Shown: one piece after another, positions 38,865 to 48,991 of the stretch
Layout: every line of letters starts with the position of its first letter
How positions within the stretch are numbered: the first letter of the stretch is position 1
Source: a virus
Direction: 5' to 3' (one strand)
DNA: 64,000 bases
IMG/VR virus record: IMGVR_UViG_3300020477_000001
Location: 32,001 to 96,000 of that record
Position numbers and translations under genes: made by a program
Notes under the pieces: generated by a model
What the model saw: the letters and a program-made list of their open reading frames with translations, nothing else
Databases searched by the model: none
What the model was told of the DNA's origin: nothing

Positions 38865-39835
38865 TATAAGACCTTTAATATTGATTCGATTCTGTTTAGA
38901 TATGTATGATTGTCTTTAACGTATTTCATGCATTCTTCAATAAAAGCGTAGTCTTCTCTTTGAGCCATAGCGTCATGAAAAAGCTGGGCTGGGTCTTCCT
39001 GTAACAGGCAGTGCCCCTCTAGTTCACTGTGAATCTCCTTGGAGTTTGTGATCGGTAGGTGACCCCAGCTAGCTGACTTGAATACCCTACACGGAACGTA
39101 GCCGTTTCTCAAGTGCTCTGGACCCCTTACGTCTGCCGCTAGTATTGATAACTTTGTTCTTTTTTGAACATCTTCCTCTGGGAGTGGATGTCTGAATGGG
39201 TCGTTATGGTAAAAGGGTATACCTGCTTTCCTGCATTCCATTATGAATTGAGAGAATGTGCTAAAGTTTTCGCATCTACCGTCTGGGCTCAGATTTCCGC
39301 AAAAATGTATAACTCTTTCTCTTTCTCTTTTAATTTCTTTAAAATTAAATTCATGAGGTAATAGACTTGCTCCCCAAGTTATGTAGAACTTGTCGTAGTC
39401 TGCGATTTCATACTCATGGTAGTCATTTTTGTATTTTATGGATTTGTTTGACTTTGGCTCGAAGTAGCAAGAGTTCCCGACTTTTTGCGCTTTGGATTTA
39501 TCTAAGGTAAAATCGTATATGTGGTCTTTATGCCATATGTGATTATATCTGAAGTCTATAAATCTCTTTACTTCAGCGTTGATGTATTTTGCTGGGTCTG
39601 GGGGGCCATGTACTAGGTAGGTGCTTGATTTGACTAGCGGAATTTTTGAGTCAGCAAATCCCTCAGTCCAAAAAATACAGTCCTCCCAGTCGAAGTCTTT
39701 GGGGTAGTCCTTGTCGTGGAACCAGAACACTTCGTAGCCTAGGTACGAGAACGCTTTAAAGAAAGCTTCTTGTATGTAGGACATCGTGTGGGAGTGAAGC
39801 GGATGTCCCCAAATAATTATTTTTTGCTTATGCAT
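38864..39835 (-). CDS. GT-B-like glycosyltransferase (CgeB-like C-terminus)
   Basis: YVPCRVFK..SWG.L.ITN, NHTYLNRI; cluster context. Confidence 0.5.
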   Translation of the reverse strand: MHKQKIIIWGHPLHSHTMSYIQEAFFKAFSYLGYEVFWFHDKDYPKDFDWEDCIFWTEGFADSKIPLVKSSTYLVHGPPDPAKYINAEVKRFIDFRYNHIWHKDHIYDFTLDKSKAQKVGNSCYFEPKSNKSIKYKNDYHEYEIADYDKFYITWGASLLPHEFNFKEIKRERERVIHFCGNLSPDGRCENFSTFSQFIMECRKAGIPFYHNDPFRHPLPEEDVQKRTKLSILAADVRGPEHLRNGYVPCRVFKSASWGHLPITNSKEIHSELEGHCLLQEDPAQLFHDAMAQREDYAFIEECMKYVKDNHTYLNRIESILKVL

Positions 39836-40585
39836 TTAGAATCTAGGTAGTGCTAGGGGCCAGTTATGGCCTTGTATTTTAATGCCAAAGAAATCCAAGG
39901 TCTTCCGAATTAATAGCTCATTGCAGTAAGCCCCTGTGTCCTTAACGCATTCTTGCAACGCGAATTCAAACGTGTTAAAAACGCTGGCGTAAGCATCCAT
40001 GTTTTTACTGGAGCTTAGGTTGAGCCAGTCTGAGATCATGCCGTCTGGTTGATTCATGTCCTTGTAATGGACAAGATTAGGGTCGTAGTCTGGAGCATTA
40101 ATTTTTATATACGATATCACGTCTGTTCTTATTTTAATTACGTAATCATATTTAAAGTCATTTTCTAATTCATATGTTTTCTTAAGAATGCTGCTTTTAA
40201 GTAAGCTATACTTAGCGCTGTAATTGTCTCTTATTGTTCTGAATCTGAAGTTTGGTTCTTCTGGGTTGTCTATGGCTCCCTCGAAATATCTTTGTAATGA
40301 TTCATCGAAGTTAATAGTGGAATTCAAAAAGGTCTTGGGCTTTTCTACTTTTAGTGATATTGGCTTGTATAGCTCTTTAAATTTCTCTATAGAGTCGTTT
40401 TTGATTCTTTGATTCTTCCAGCCTCCAGCGCCTCCGTGTTTGTAGGGCTCTGTGCATAGTTCTTCGCTGAACCAAAGGTGAGCAAATACGTCTGCATTAT
40501 TAGGGTCTATCACGTTTTCCTTCATTAATGGGAAACATTCTTCAATAAACCTAGGTTGACCGCAAACTATTATAGCTGTTTTCAT
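39836..40585 (-). CDS. Putative glycosyltransferase-like protein, GQPR...RTD family (copy 1)
   Basis: IVCGQPR, DVFAHLW, YDYVIKIRTD. Confidence 0.5.
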   Translation of the reverse strand: MKTAIIVCGQPRFIEECFPLMKENVIDPNNADVFAHLWFSEELCTEPYKHGGAGGWKNQRIKNDSIEKFKELYKPISLKVEKPKTFLNSTINFDESLQRYFEGAIDNPEEPNFRFRTIRDNYSAKYSLLKSSILKKTYELENDFKYDYVIKIRTDVISYIKINAPDYDPNLVHYKDMNQPDGMISDWLNLSSSKNMDAYASVFNTFEFALQECVKDTGAYCNELLIRKTLDFFGIKIQGHNWPLALPRF

Positions 40586-41515
40586 TTAAAACTTATTGTC
40601 TCCTTTAAAACCTCTTTTAGTTTTATTTGATCGTCTTTCTTCTGCATCTCTAGGGAATTTGAAGGTTTTTTTGCCTAGAGGAAAAACGTAATTTGGCCAA
40701 ATAAAATTTAACTCCTTAAATAAATAGTAGGGCAATGCAGTGATTTTTTTAACGTCGCATTGTATTTTACTGTTTACAGATAGATGCTTTTCAAGTTGTA
40801 AATGTATTGGTAATTCAATGTAGTCATAGATGTTATCAAAAAACCTCGTATATGAATCCATATTTTTTAAATTTCCGCAAGCAAATAAATCAGAAAATGG
40901 ATAATCTGAACCTAAGTAGCCACCTGTCCCTCCAAAAACGATGCCATTTGAGCAGTATAGGGTATCTTTATCGAGTTTATCGTATTCTAGTCTGTATTTT
41001 ATTGCTAGGTCTGTTCTTGCTAGGATGTAAAAGTCATATTTTTCTTCTGATTTAATCGCTAGTTCTAAGCTGTTTTTTTTTGATTTCCATTGGCTGTATT
41101 CGTTAAAAAAAACTCTATTAGTTCTAACGCCGCTCCAAAGAGGCCCGTTTAGGTCTCTTCCAAGGACTCCAAAATCAGTAATAGGATTCGGGGATTCGCG
41201 CTTTTGTGCATCTTCGTACTGTGAGAAATCAAATTCTTCGATGTCTAAAGGTTTTTCGGTGAGTATTTTTTGGGGTAAATAAAGGTCTTCAAAAATTTTA
41301 TTTTCATTTTCTTGAAATTTTCTCATTAATCGCCCTTCTCTGGCATGTGGGCTTTTTTCGTGGTAGGCTGTTTTTCCGAGCCTATCTTCCCACCAGAGGT
41401 GAGCGTAAACGTCCACCTTTACACCTTCTGTACTTCTTATTATAGTATCAAAGATGTTCACGTAACAAGCTTCTACCTCTCTTGGGAAGCCAAAAAAACA
41501 AAGCGCTACTTTCAT
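40586..41515 (-). CDS. Same family (copy 2)
   Basis: LCFFGFPR, DVYAHLW, YDFYILARTD, SDLFACG. Confidence 0.5.
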   Translation of the reverse strand: MKVALCFFGFPREVEACYVNIFDTIIRSTEGVKVDVYAHLWWEDRLGKTAYHEKSPHAREGRLMRKFQENENKIFEDLYLPQKILTEKPLDIEEFDFSQYEDAQKRESPNPITDFGVLGRDLNGPLWSGVRTNRVFFNEYSQWKSKKNSLELAIKSEEKYDFYILARTDLAIKYRLEYDKLDKDTLYCSNGIVFGGTGGYLGSDYPFSDLFACGNLKNMDSYTRFFDNIYDYIELPIHLQLEKHLSVNSKIQCDVKKITALPYYLFKELNFIWPNYVFPLGKKTFKFPRDAEERRSNKTKRGFKGDNKF

Positions 41516-42255
41516 TTTTTATCAAAAAATATCCTCCTAGGCATCCCGTCTAGATTGACGAACTCGTCTTTCTTAGGCATGAAGTAGTATATTTCTGGTC
41601 CTATTGCGTAGGTGTCACATCTTGTGTCTTCTAAGTGGAACCTAATCAAGTCGTGCATATGCGGGAATCCTCTTTCAATATAGCTGTCAAACTCTTCGTA
41701 AATTTGGCAATACTTCTGCATGTTTGATTTGGAGCCACAAGCAAACCAGTCTGAGAAAAATCTGTCCCAGCCAGCGGTTCTGCCATCACCAATATATAGA
41801 ATGTCAGAGTTTAGCTCTTCGTATTTGAACTTCTTGGGGAAAAGTAGGTCAGTGCGGCATCTTACATAAAAGTCATAACTTTCATTCGAAGATAGTGCTA
41901 AATCAAAGCTTTTTGCTATCGAATAGTACGCGCTCTTCATATTGAAGTAGCATTTTTCTAAGTCTGACAGCGTCGGGCAGACTCCTATCCTGTCGGAATT
42001 ACAAAATGAGGTGTCGAATTTTATTTGGTTTTCGAATACGCTTTTTTCGGGTTTATAAAGTTTTGCGAATTCTTCATTTGCTTTTTCTAAAAACTTTACC
42101 GAGTTGGGCTTGTACTCTGTGCCAGCCATGTCCTCGCTCCACCAAAAATGGGCATAAACATCTACATCGTAACCATCAATTAAGTTTCTATTGATGTTTT
42201 CGTAGCATTCCTTTAGGTCTCTGGGCTGACCCGAAAAACAAAGAGCTATTTTCAA
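41512..42255 (-). CDS. Same family (copy 3)
   Basis: LCFSGQPR, DVYAHFW, YDFYVRCRTD, SDWFACG. Confidence 0.5.
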   Translation of the reverse strand: MKIALCFSGQPRDLKECYENINRNLIDGYDVDVYAHFWWSEDMAGTEYKPNSVKFLEKANEEFAKLYKPEKSVFENQIKFDTSFCNSDRIGVCPTLSDLEKCYFNMKSAYYSIAKSFDLALSSNESYDFYVRCRTDLLFPKKFKYEELNSDILYIGDGRTAGWDRFFSDWFACGSKSNMQKYCQIYEEFDSYIERGFPHMHDLIRFHLEDTRCDTYAIGPEIYYFMPKKDEFVNLDGMPRRIFFDKK

Positions 42256-43304
42256 AGTAAGTCCTCCAAGTTTGAGTCGTTTCTTTTAATGTTAATGGCT
42301 TCGCAGCTAGGGTACGGATTACTTTTAGCGTAATCATTAATTATGTATCTTTTGCAATGAAATAGATCGAAGATGATTTTGTGATACTTCAACCCGATCC
42401 TTTCTAGTTGGGATTTGGTTTCTTTTTTGTATCCCCTTTTTCTGGATGTTGTGATTACAACTTGGGCTTTTCCAGAATCGTATAGCTCATTAATTTTTTT
42501 GACGTTAGCAGGAATCGCATCCGTTTCTCCCCAGTATGGAGGAAAGTGTTGTGCGCTATTTTCCACAAGGGTTCCGTCTAAGTCAATGAAGATGCACTTA
42601 TATTTAGATTTAAAATGATTCCAGTCGTCTATTGTCCCCCAGTCGATGAAGTTATTAGTATCGATAGTGGTAAAGCTTTCGCCCTCAATTATCATTTTAT
42701 AAATAACATGAGAGACATAGAGGTCGTCGTAGTGCTTAATCTTGTTGTAGTATTTTCTGAAGTCTCTTGCGTTTTTAAATCCGTAGCACCCCGTGCAGAA
42801 GTCGCTGCTGATTACCTGTTTTTCAACTATGTTGTTAATGTTGTTGTTTTCATCGCAAGAAACGTAGCTTTTGTTGCATGGGTTAAGTAATGTGTGGTTA
42901 TTTAGGTTAGATGTAGATACGAAATTAGAGGCGGTGATTTTAATTTCAAAAAAATTGTCGCAATCTTTAGAGCAGAAAAAGCCTGTTATTTTTTCTTTTT
43001 TTATTGCCTCGAATATTGTCTCTGGTTGACTTAGGGTTGGCTTGCTTAAGTAAGTAATCTTAAAGTTCTTAATGTTGAGTCTAGAGAATTCTTTTTTGAT
43101 TCCTTCGCTAAATTTATATTTACGCTCGTGTTCTTTAAGGCAAACTAGGTACACGCAATCAAAGAAGTCTAAGTTCAGACCTTTGATCGATTCGGTTATC
43201 ATTAGGCTCCCACTGGGGTGAGTGGAGAGCCATTTGGGTTTTACGTCGGGATACCTGCTGGATTTACCCGCTACCGGAAGGATTAAGCTTCTCATGTTTC
43301 TCAT
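42252..43304 (-). CDS. Sugar nucleotidyltransferase-like domain fused to HAD phosphatase
   Basis: ILPVAGKSSRY..KPKW, DWGT; C-terminal FIDLDGTL...IIND. Confidence 0.8.
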   Translation of the reverse strand: MRNMRSLILPVAGKSSRYPDVKPKWLSTHPSGSLMITESIKGLNLDFFDCVYLVCLKEHERKYKFSEGIKKEFSRLNIKNFKITYLSKPTLSQPETIFEAIKKEKITGFFCSKDCDNFFEIKITASNFVSTSNLNNHTLLNPCNKSYVSCDENNNINNIVEKQVISSDFCTGCYGFKNARDFRKYYNKIKHYDDLYVSHVIYKMIIEGESFTTIDTNNFIDWGTIDDWNHFKSKYKCIFIDLDGTLVENSAQHFPPYWGETDAIPANVKKINELYDSGKAQVVITTSRKRGYKKETKSQLERIGLKYHKIIFDLFHCKRYIINDYAKSNPYPSCEAINIKRNDSNLEDLL

Positions 43305-44323
43305 TTTATATTCTCTAGTACGTAGTTGTACACCCTGCTAATCCCCTCCTCAATGTTGAATTTCGGCTCCCAGTTTAGCTCTTTTTTACACTTTGACATA
43401 TCTGCTATAGAGTTTTTGTGTACTTCCTGTTGTATTCTGTGGGTAGAAAGTTGATTGGTGCAGTTGAATAAAGATTCATATTTATCCCAGTAGTTTTCGG
43501 GTTTTTTGAATTTAGCTTCAATATCTTTACCAGAAACTTCTAAAAATATTTGGTACAGCTTCGGTACTGAGAACCCTGCTCCCGTTCCTATGTTGTAGAT
43601 TCCCATTTGATCGCTTTTAGCGGCTATCTCTGTGACGAGGGATATTAGGTCTTCTACAAAAATATAGTCTCTCTCTGCTGTCGATTGATTGTATAACGTA
43701 GGGGCTTCGTTCTTTGCTAGGCATTTTGCTACGTATCCAGTGAATGGCGGTTGCTTTCTTAGGAAATCTTGGTGGGCTCCGTAGACATTAAAGAATCTGA
43801 GTACAGCTATGCTCATTCCGTAGTTATTAATGTAAGATAGGCATAGATTTTCCCCCGCCCTTTTAGTCATTGCGTAGGTAAGGTCTGGATTTACTGGGTC
43901 GTGTTCGGCGTACCCTGTACTGTACCCTCTTTTCTGTGTTGACTTGGTGTTTTCGTAAACCGCTGAAGTTGACGCGAAGAGGATTCGCGGTACGTTCTTT
44001 TTTCTGCAAGCTTCTAGCACGCTCGCTAGCCCACCTACATTTACACTATAGGCTCTCTGGGGGTCTGTTTGGCAGTCGGGTAGGGGTGCGATTCCAGCTA
44101 GGTGAATAACTAGCTCGCAGTCAGAAAGGGTATTTTCTAGCTCTGGCTGATTTCTTACGTCGCATTCGTGTAGCGTTCCGAAAGTTTTACCATCTATCGT
44201 GAGGTTGTCTTTTTGCCCGTAGCTAAAGTCGTCCAAAAGATGAACGTCGTGACCTAAGTTGTGGTAGTAATGGCCTAGTTGGGAGCCTATAAACCCTGCA
44301 CCTCCTGTGATAACTACCTTCAT
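43301..44323 (-). CDS. NAD-dependent sugar epimerase/dehydratase
   Basis: TGGAGFIG, YAMTK, RFFNVYG. Confidence 0.9.
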   Translation of the reverse strand: MKVVITGGAGFIGSQLGHYYHNLGHDVHLLDDFSYGQKDNLTIDGKTFGTLHECDVRNQPELENTLSDCELVIHLAGIAPLPDCQTDPQRAYSVNVGGLASVLEACRKKNVPRILFASTSAVYENTKSTQKRGYSTGYAEHDPVNPDLTYAMTKRAGENLCLSYINNYGMSIAVLRFFNVYGAHQDFLRKQPPFTGYVAKCLAKNEAPTLYNQSTAERDYIFVEDLISLVTEIAAKSDQMGIYNIGTGAGFSVPKLYQIFLEVSGKDIEAKFKKPENYWDKYESLFNCTNQLSTHRIQQEVHKNSIADMSKCKKELNWEPKFNIEEGISRVYNYVLENIK

Positions 44324-45111
44324 AACTTGCTAACTATATCAGAGAGAACGCCTCTTAGGTAGTTAATTTTTTTAAGTTTTCTGGTGTACGGAAGAATTCT
44401 GGCGAAGTTTAAAAATTGAAATAAAAGGTAGTATTTCTTATAGCTTTTGATACTTAAAAAACTGTCATGTAGTCTGACATCCAAGTAGTCTAGGCTTATA
44501 TTTATTTTATTTTTATCGAAGCTTTTTTGGTATAGGTCTAGTGACCACTTATAGCGAGTGTCCTGTCTTAATTTGGCTACATCTATTAGTGGCGTTTCAA
44601 TGAATCCATCTAAGAAGTCAATTAGTATTAGCTTGTTTTTTTGGAATATTATATTACTTAGAGTTAGGTCTCCATGGCATGTGCCTATTGGAATCTCTAG
44701 TTTGTCCGGTAGGAGGTCTATGAACTTTAGTAGGCAGAGTATTTTTTTCTTGTTGTATATTTGTAGTATTTTATTCTTGATTACTTTAGAGTCGATCTCT
44801 TGAGTCTCGGAAAAAGATATGCTCTCTTGCACATAAGAGAATATATCCTCTGAAAATTTGTCTATTTCTTTTTTACCCGCTTCGGAGAGGAACGAGACGA
44901 AGTCCTTACCTGCTGCGTACTCCATGGAAAAAGAGTTTTCGGTGCTGTCTAGCACTTTGGGTGTGCTTAGGAATTTAAGGCCGCTTTTGAATTTGCTTTG
45001 CTTGAGCCTTTGCTTCTTGAGTCTGTCGTTGTACTGGAAACTTGGCGAGGTTTTAATTACCTTGCCATTTTTAAGTTCTACTTCGCATCCAGAAAAACCC
45101 TTGAGGTTCAT
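44320..45111 (-). CDS. APH/choline-kinase-like phosphotransferase
   Basis: MEY, HGDLTLSNI, LIDF, D.AKLRQD. Confidence 0.8.
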   Translation of the reverse strand: MNLKGFSGCEVELKNGKVIKTSPSFQYNDRLKKQRLKQSKFKSGLKFLSTPKVLDSTENSFSMEYAAGKDFVSFLSEAGKKEIDKFSEDIFSYVQESISFSETQEIDSKVIKNKILQIYNKKKILCLLKFIDLLPDKLEIPIGTCHGDLTLSNIIFQKNKLILIDFLDGFIETPLIDVAKLRQDTRYKWSLDLYQKSFDKNKINISLDYLDVRLHDSFLSIKSYKKYYLLFQFLNFARILPYTRKLKKINYLRGVLSDIVSKL

Positions 45112-45833
45112 TTTACTCCTTTAAACCTAGGGTAGTCCTTCATGTTTTTGTCCTTGTGTATGAGTAGTTTTGGGAAAACCATTTCCCAGTTCTCTGGGTA
45201 TGCGAACCCGCTGTGGAAAACCGTTACCCTGTCTTTAAAGTCTATGAATCCTTTGTTTAGGTGAGATTCGTCGTGCCACCTCGCTACAACGTTAACCGAC
45301 AGGTCGTCGTCAATTCTTTGCTTCATTAAATTAATGAATTCTAATATGTCTGGGTTCTTGCCACCCCAGAAGCAGCCTTGCTTGTAAGCTGTGTTTTCAT
45401 TCGTTGTGCCAGCGGGCACGCAAGCCAGAGACTCTTCATTTGTTTCGAAATCTGCTAAACCGTATATGGCTTGACCGGGGTGCTGGACTCCAAATAGGCT
45501 ATGATACATGGAGAGCCAGTCTTCTGATATTTCATCGACGGCCTCCATGTCTGAGTCAATGAAAATTATATCTGAGTACTCTTTAAGTTTTTCTTCCTGT
45601 TTTAGTATGTAGTGAAACCTTTTAAGTGTTACGTATGGCCATTCTTCGTGTTCTATTTCAGTGATGATTAAGTTGTCTACCTTTAGTGAGTCGTGCTCTG
45701 GCTGATCTGTGAACACAAAAAAATCTTTGTGAGTTTTGGGTAGAAAAAATTTATTAATAGAACTGTAATAAGATTCAAAAAAATCTATATACTTCTTAGT
45801 TCCGATGAAGATTATGGCTATACGAGGTTCCAT
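45108..45833 (-). CDS. GT6 alpha-1,3-Gal/GalNAc-transferase-like (ABO family)
   Basis: FVFTD, WPYVTLKRF, FIDSD, QGCFWGG, ARWHDESHLN. Confidence 0.9.
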   Translation of the reverse strand: MEPRIAIIFIGTKKYIDFFESYYSSINKFFLPKTHKDFFVFTDQPEHDSLKVDNLIITEIEHEEWPYVTLKRFHYILKQEEKLKEYSDIIFIDSDMEAVDEISEDWLSMYHSLFGVQHPGQAIYGLADFETNEESLACVPAGTTNENTAYKQGCFWGGKNPDILEFINLMKQRIDDDLSVNVVARWHDESHLNKGFIDFKDRVTVFHSGFAYPENWEMVFPKLLIHKDKNMKDYPRFKGVK

Positions 45834-46657
45834 GTTGTCGGTATTAGGTCTTTTATGTAGTTATACCCGTTGTCTAGGTTGTATATTTTGGGGGTATGTT
45901 CGTCTGTAAACCAGTTCTTGGGGGCGCATACCTTCTTGTTCGTGTTCTTATTTAGGTATGCTGCCCACCAGCTAAAGCTAGAGTTGCATATGATTGAGTC
46001 TTTGAATTTACTCATAAGCGCAAACTCAATTAAATCCTCTCTGAGGAAGTGCTGTGACTCATTTTCGGAGTCTTGAGTGGTAGGGTTTTTTGAGTGTTCT
46101 CTTTCAGATATGAATTCGCAGTTGTATGAAGAGAAGGTTTCTTTGCACCAGTCTATATCATCAGAGAATACGGCAAATTTACTGCACCCGATGAAGTTGA
46201 GACAGTTATTGTAATAGTCTACACTTTGTGATTCATATACCGCCGAAAGGGTTTCGTAGTCACCTCTTCTTACATGGACGAACGCTGAGCATTCTCTTAG
46301 TGTGTCTGAGTACTTTTCGGAAATATAGTTTTCTATTTCGCTAGAGAATTCGAAAATTTTTCTAATTTCTTTTTCTGAGTTTTCAAAATACTTATAAGAT
46401 TGAAAGTATCCATTAAGACCTATTGGCCTAACTGGCTCTGGTAACTTTATCTCTTGGTAGTTGCAGTATTTTTCTTGTAGAATGTCTCTTACTAGTATTT
46501 TCGCTGTTGGGAGGCGATTTTTAAAAAATTGCTGATAATCCCATTCGGGAAAAATAGCTAACTGGTTGCTGGTTTTAGCAATACCAATTGTGGAGGATAT
46601 TTGGAATAATTGATTACCAAGTCTTCCTAATTTTCCTAGGTTTGGAAAGGATATCAT
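45818..46657 (-). CDS. GT11 alpha-1,2-fucosyltransferase
   Basis: GRLGNQLFQ, GYFQS, HVRRGDY, FSDD, NSSFSWWAAYL. Confidence 0.92.
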   Translation of the reverse strand: MISFPNLGKLGRLGNQLFQISSTIGIAKTSNQLAIFPEWDYQQFFKNRLPTAKILVRDILQEKYCNYQEIKLPEPVRPIGLNGYFQSYKYFENSEKEIRKIFEFSSEIENYISEKYSDTLRECSAFVHVRRGDYETLSAVYESQSVDYYNNCLNFIGCSKFAVFSDDIDWCKETFSSYNCEFISEREHSKNPTTQDSENESQHFLREDLIEFALMSKFKDSIICNSSFSWWAAYLNKNTNKKVCAPKNWFTDEHTPKIYNLDNGYNYIKDLIPTTWNLV

Positions 46658-46658
46658 T

Positions 46659-47612
46659 TTAGATGTTCTCCTCTATCCATTTAAATAGCTCGCACTTCGG
46701 TTCCCAGCCAAGCATTTTTTTTGCCTTGGAGTTGTCGCACAACGTTTTCCTTGGTTCAAATCTTGGGTCTATGTGTTTAATTTCTCCTCCAATTTTTTTT
46801 GCAATGTCGAGAATCTTGTAGTCTTTTCCGTTACCTATATTGAATACGTGGAAGCCTTCGTCTGTTTCTGGTCGCGTTGCGGCTAGTATATTCGCGTCAC
46901 AGATATCTCTGACATTAACGAAGTCTCTGGACTGTAGGCCATCCCCAGTAATAGTTAAAGGTTTGCCTTCATTCTTCAATCTCTTAAAAATACCCATAAT
47001 TGGGACATATGGACCTTCAGTCGGCTGTCTGTATCCGTAGGCATTAAAGTACCTCAAAGCTACGCTGTTTAATTTAAATAAATTAAAAAATAATTGCAAG
47101 TATACCTCCCCGATGAGCTTGTGTGCAGCGTATGGGCTAAGCGGGTCACTCGGCATGTCTTCTGGTGTGGGGAGCGTTTTTGCGTCACCGAGTACTGCGC
47201 TTGTCGAGCTAAAGATAACTTTTTGTACTTGCGCTTTTTTTGCAGCCAAGAAAACATTTAGTGAGCCGTTGACATTGACATCATGGAATGTGACGGGGTC
47301 TTGTATTGACTGCTCAACCCTTGGTCTGGCAGCTAAGTGGAAAACGTATTTTGAGTTGCGGAAAACCTTGTATAGCTCTTGAACGCCGTCTCTTATGTCC
47401 ATTTTGTGGATAGTGACCATATCTGGATCGCTCTCTGACTCTTTTATATTTGCACCTAGCACTACTTGATTCGGGAAGTGCAAGGGCAAGCCTTCGTAAG
47501 TTGAGTAATCGTCAACCACATGTACGTCGTACCCTAGGTCAAAGAGTTTTTTCGTGAGGTTACTTCCTATGAATCCGCAGCCTCCAGTAACTATAACCTT
47601 GTCTTTAGCCAT
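46659..47612 (-). CDS. NAD-dependent sugar epimerase (GalE/WbpP-like)
   Basis: TGGCGFIG, SPYAAHK, RYFN, GDGLQSRDF. Confidence 0.9.
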   Translation of the reverse strand: MAKDKVIVTGGCGFIGSNLTKKLFDLGYDVHVVDDYSTYEGLPLHFPNQVVLGANIKESESDPDMVTIHKMDIRDGVQELYKVFRNSKYVFHLAARPRVEQSIQDPVTFHDVNVNGSLNVFLAAKKAQVQKVIFSSTSAVLGDAKTLPTPEDMPSDPLSPYAAHKLIGEVYLQLFFNLFKLNSVALRYFNAYGYRQPTEGPYVPIMGIFKRLKNEGKPLTITGDGLQSRDFVNVRDICDANILAATRPETDEGFHVFNIGNGKDYKILDIAKKIGGEIKHIDPRFEPRKTLCDNSKAKKMLGWEPKCELFKWIEENI

Positions 47613-48564
47613 ATTTCTTTACCATTTTGTTGTATAGGGGGCATCCACTTTCATACCAGTCTACAGAGTCTCTAAGTATGCCTCCGTATTTGGAAAGTAG
47701 ATTTTGGTATGCTATTGTTATGAAAAAGTTTCCGAAATGGACTCTCAGCCCATATCTTAGTACGTCTGCACATTCCGCTTCCATTCCCTTGTGTAGGAAA
47801 GATTCTGCAAATTTAGCTATATCTTCTGGTGTGTTTTCCCAGTTTAGCTGGGTTACCCAGTTTTGACTTCTGTTTTCTCTTCTGTATCTAACCACCCTGC
47901 CGACAGATGTGTATTTGGCGTCATCGTGAAAGGATACCATTTTGTGATTGTGTTTGATTTTGAATCCAGATTCCCTGCACCTTAAAGCGAAGTCAGTATC
48001 TTCGTTGTGCTTACCCTTCCTGTAATCTTCCATGTTTGACATGTTGTAGAATCCGTAAGTCTCAGAATCCCACTGTAACCTTTCGAATACATGCCTTTTC
48101 ATGACCCAAGCCATACCTCCAGACATGTAGATATAATCTGAATCCTCTTCTGGCTCCAGCATTACGTGACCCCTTTCGGGGTCTAAATAGCAGCAGTGAT
48201 CCCAGAATCTAGTGCCATCTGGTAGCTTTACTCGCGATGTTAGTATGTCGAAGTCGTTTCCGTATTTAGTGAACTCAGAATACCAATCTTCAGACAAAAA
48301 CATGTCATCGTCTAAAACCAGAATATTATCAAATTTGGCTGCTGAGCACGCTAGGTTTCTCATTTCTGCCAGATTTCCAGAATCAGCAGCTTTTTTAGCG
48401 TTAACGAATTTATACTCTCCTTTTTGCTTCCAGATTCCAGAGATTATGATTTCAAAGTTAGGAATATTTTGGGAAATTATGGAGTTTATTACCCTGTTTG
48501 TTTGTACGGGTTTTTTTCCATTCGTTATGATTATGCAAGATAAATCCATAAATGTATAGCTCAA
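47605..48564 (-). CDS. GT2-like glycosyltransferase
   Basis: RN...A, VLDDD, NEDTDF. Confidence 0.7.
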   Translation of the reverse strand: MSYTFMDLSCIIITNGKKPVQTNRVINSIISQNIPNFEIIISGIWKQKGEYKFVNAKKAADSGNLAEMRNLACSAAKFDNILVLDDDMFLSEDWYSEFTKYGNDFDILTSRVKLPDGTRFWDHCCYLDPERGHVMLEPEEDSDYIYMSGGMAWVMKRHVFERLQWDSETYGFYNMSNMEDYRKGKHNEDTDFALRCRESGFKIKHNHKMVSFHDDAKYTSVGRVVRYRRENRSQNWVTQLNWENTPEDIAKFAESFLHKGMEAECADVLRYGLRVHFGNFFITIAYQNLLSKYGGILRDSVDWYESGCPLYNKMVKKYG

Positions 48565-48573
48565 GGCTGATAC

Positions 48574-48601
48574 ATTATATAGGATTTTTTAAGGAAAGCA
48601 A
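48574..48601 (-). promoter_or_regulatory. Sigma70-type promoter TTGCTT-16-TATAAT heading the glycan operon
   Basis: Spacer contains TTAAAAAA. Confidence 0.5.
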
Positions 48602-48608
48602 CAGCGTT

Positions 48609-48908
48609 TTAGCTGCGATTATTGGTTAAATGATCGATTTTTTCTTCGATTCTATCAAACCTGTGGTGGACTACTTTTACTAGGTCTTGGAAGTCTGACT
48701 TAGATACGTATTTTTCTGGAAGGCTGAGCGCTAGGTCGTTTATTTTTTGCCTAGCTTCCTTAAGGTCGTTCTCGTGGTGTTCCCATAGTTTATCTATGTC
48801 TTTGGCGTTTTCTTGGGTTTTAGCCCACACCACTTTAAGAATCCAACCACCAAAGAAGGTTATTAATCCTATCACTACATTCATGAAGAACTGAAAATCA
48901 ACTTCCAT
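48609..48908 (-). CDS. Single-TM coiled-coil protein (holin-like?)
   Basis: N-terminal hydrophobic helix, then coiled coil with LPEKYVSKSDF. Confidence 0.45.
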   Translation of the reverse strand: MEVDFQFFMNVVIGLITFFGGWILKVVWAKTQENAKDIDKLWEHHENDLKEARQKINDLALSLPEKYVSKSDFQDLVKVVHHRFDRIEEKIDHLTNNRS

Positions 48909-48991
48909 ACTTTTAATTACACATTTTTAAGGTTTTTAAATTTTTTTTTTTTAATAATAGGGTGTAAGTATCTTGTGTGTGAAGCTTTTTT

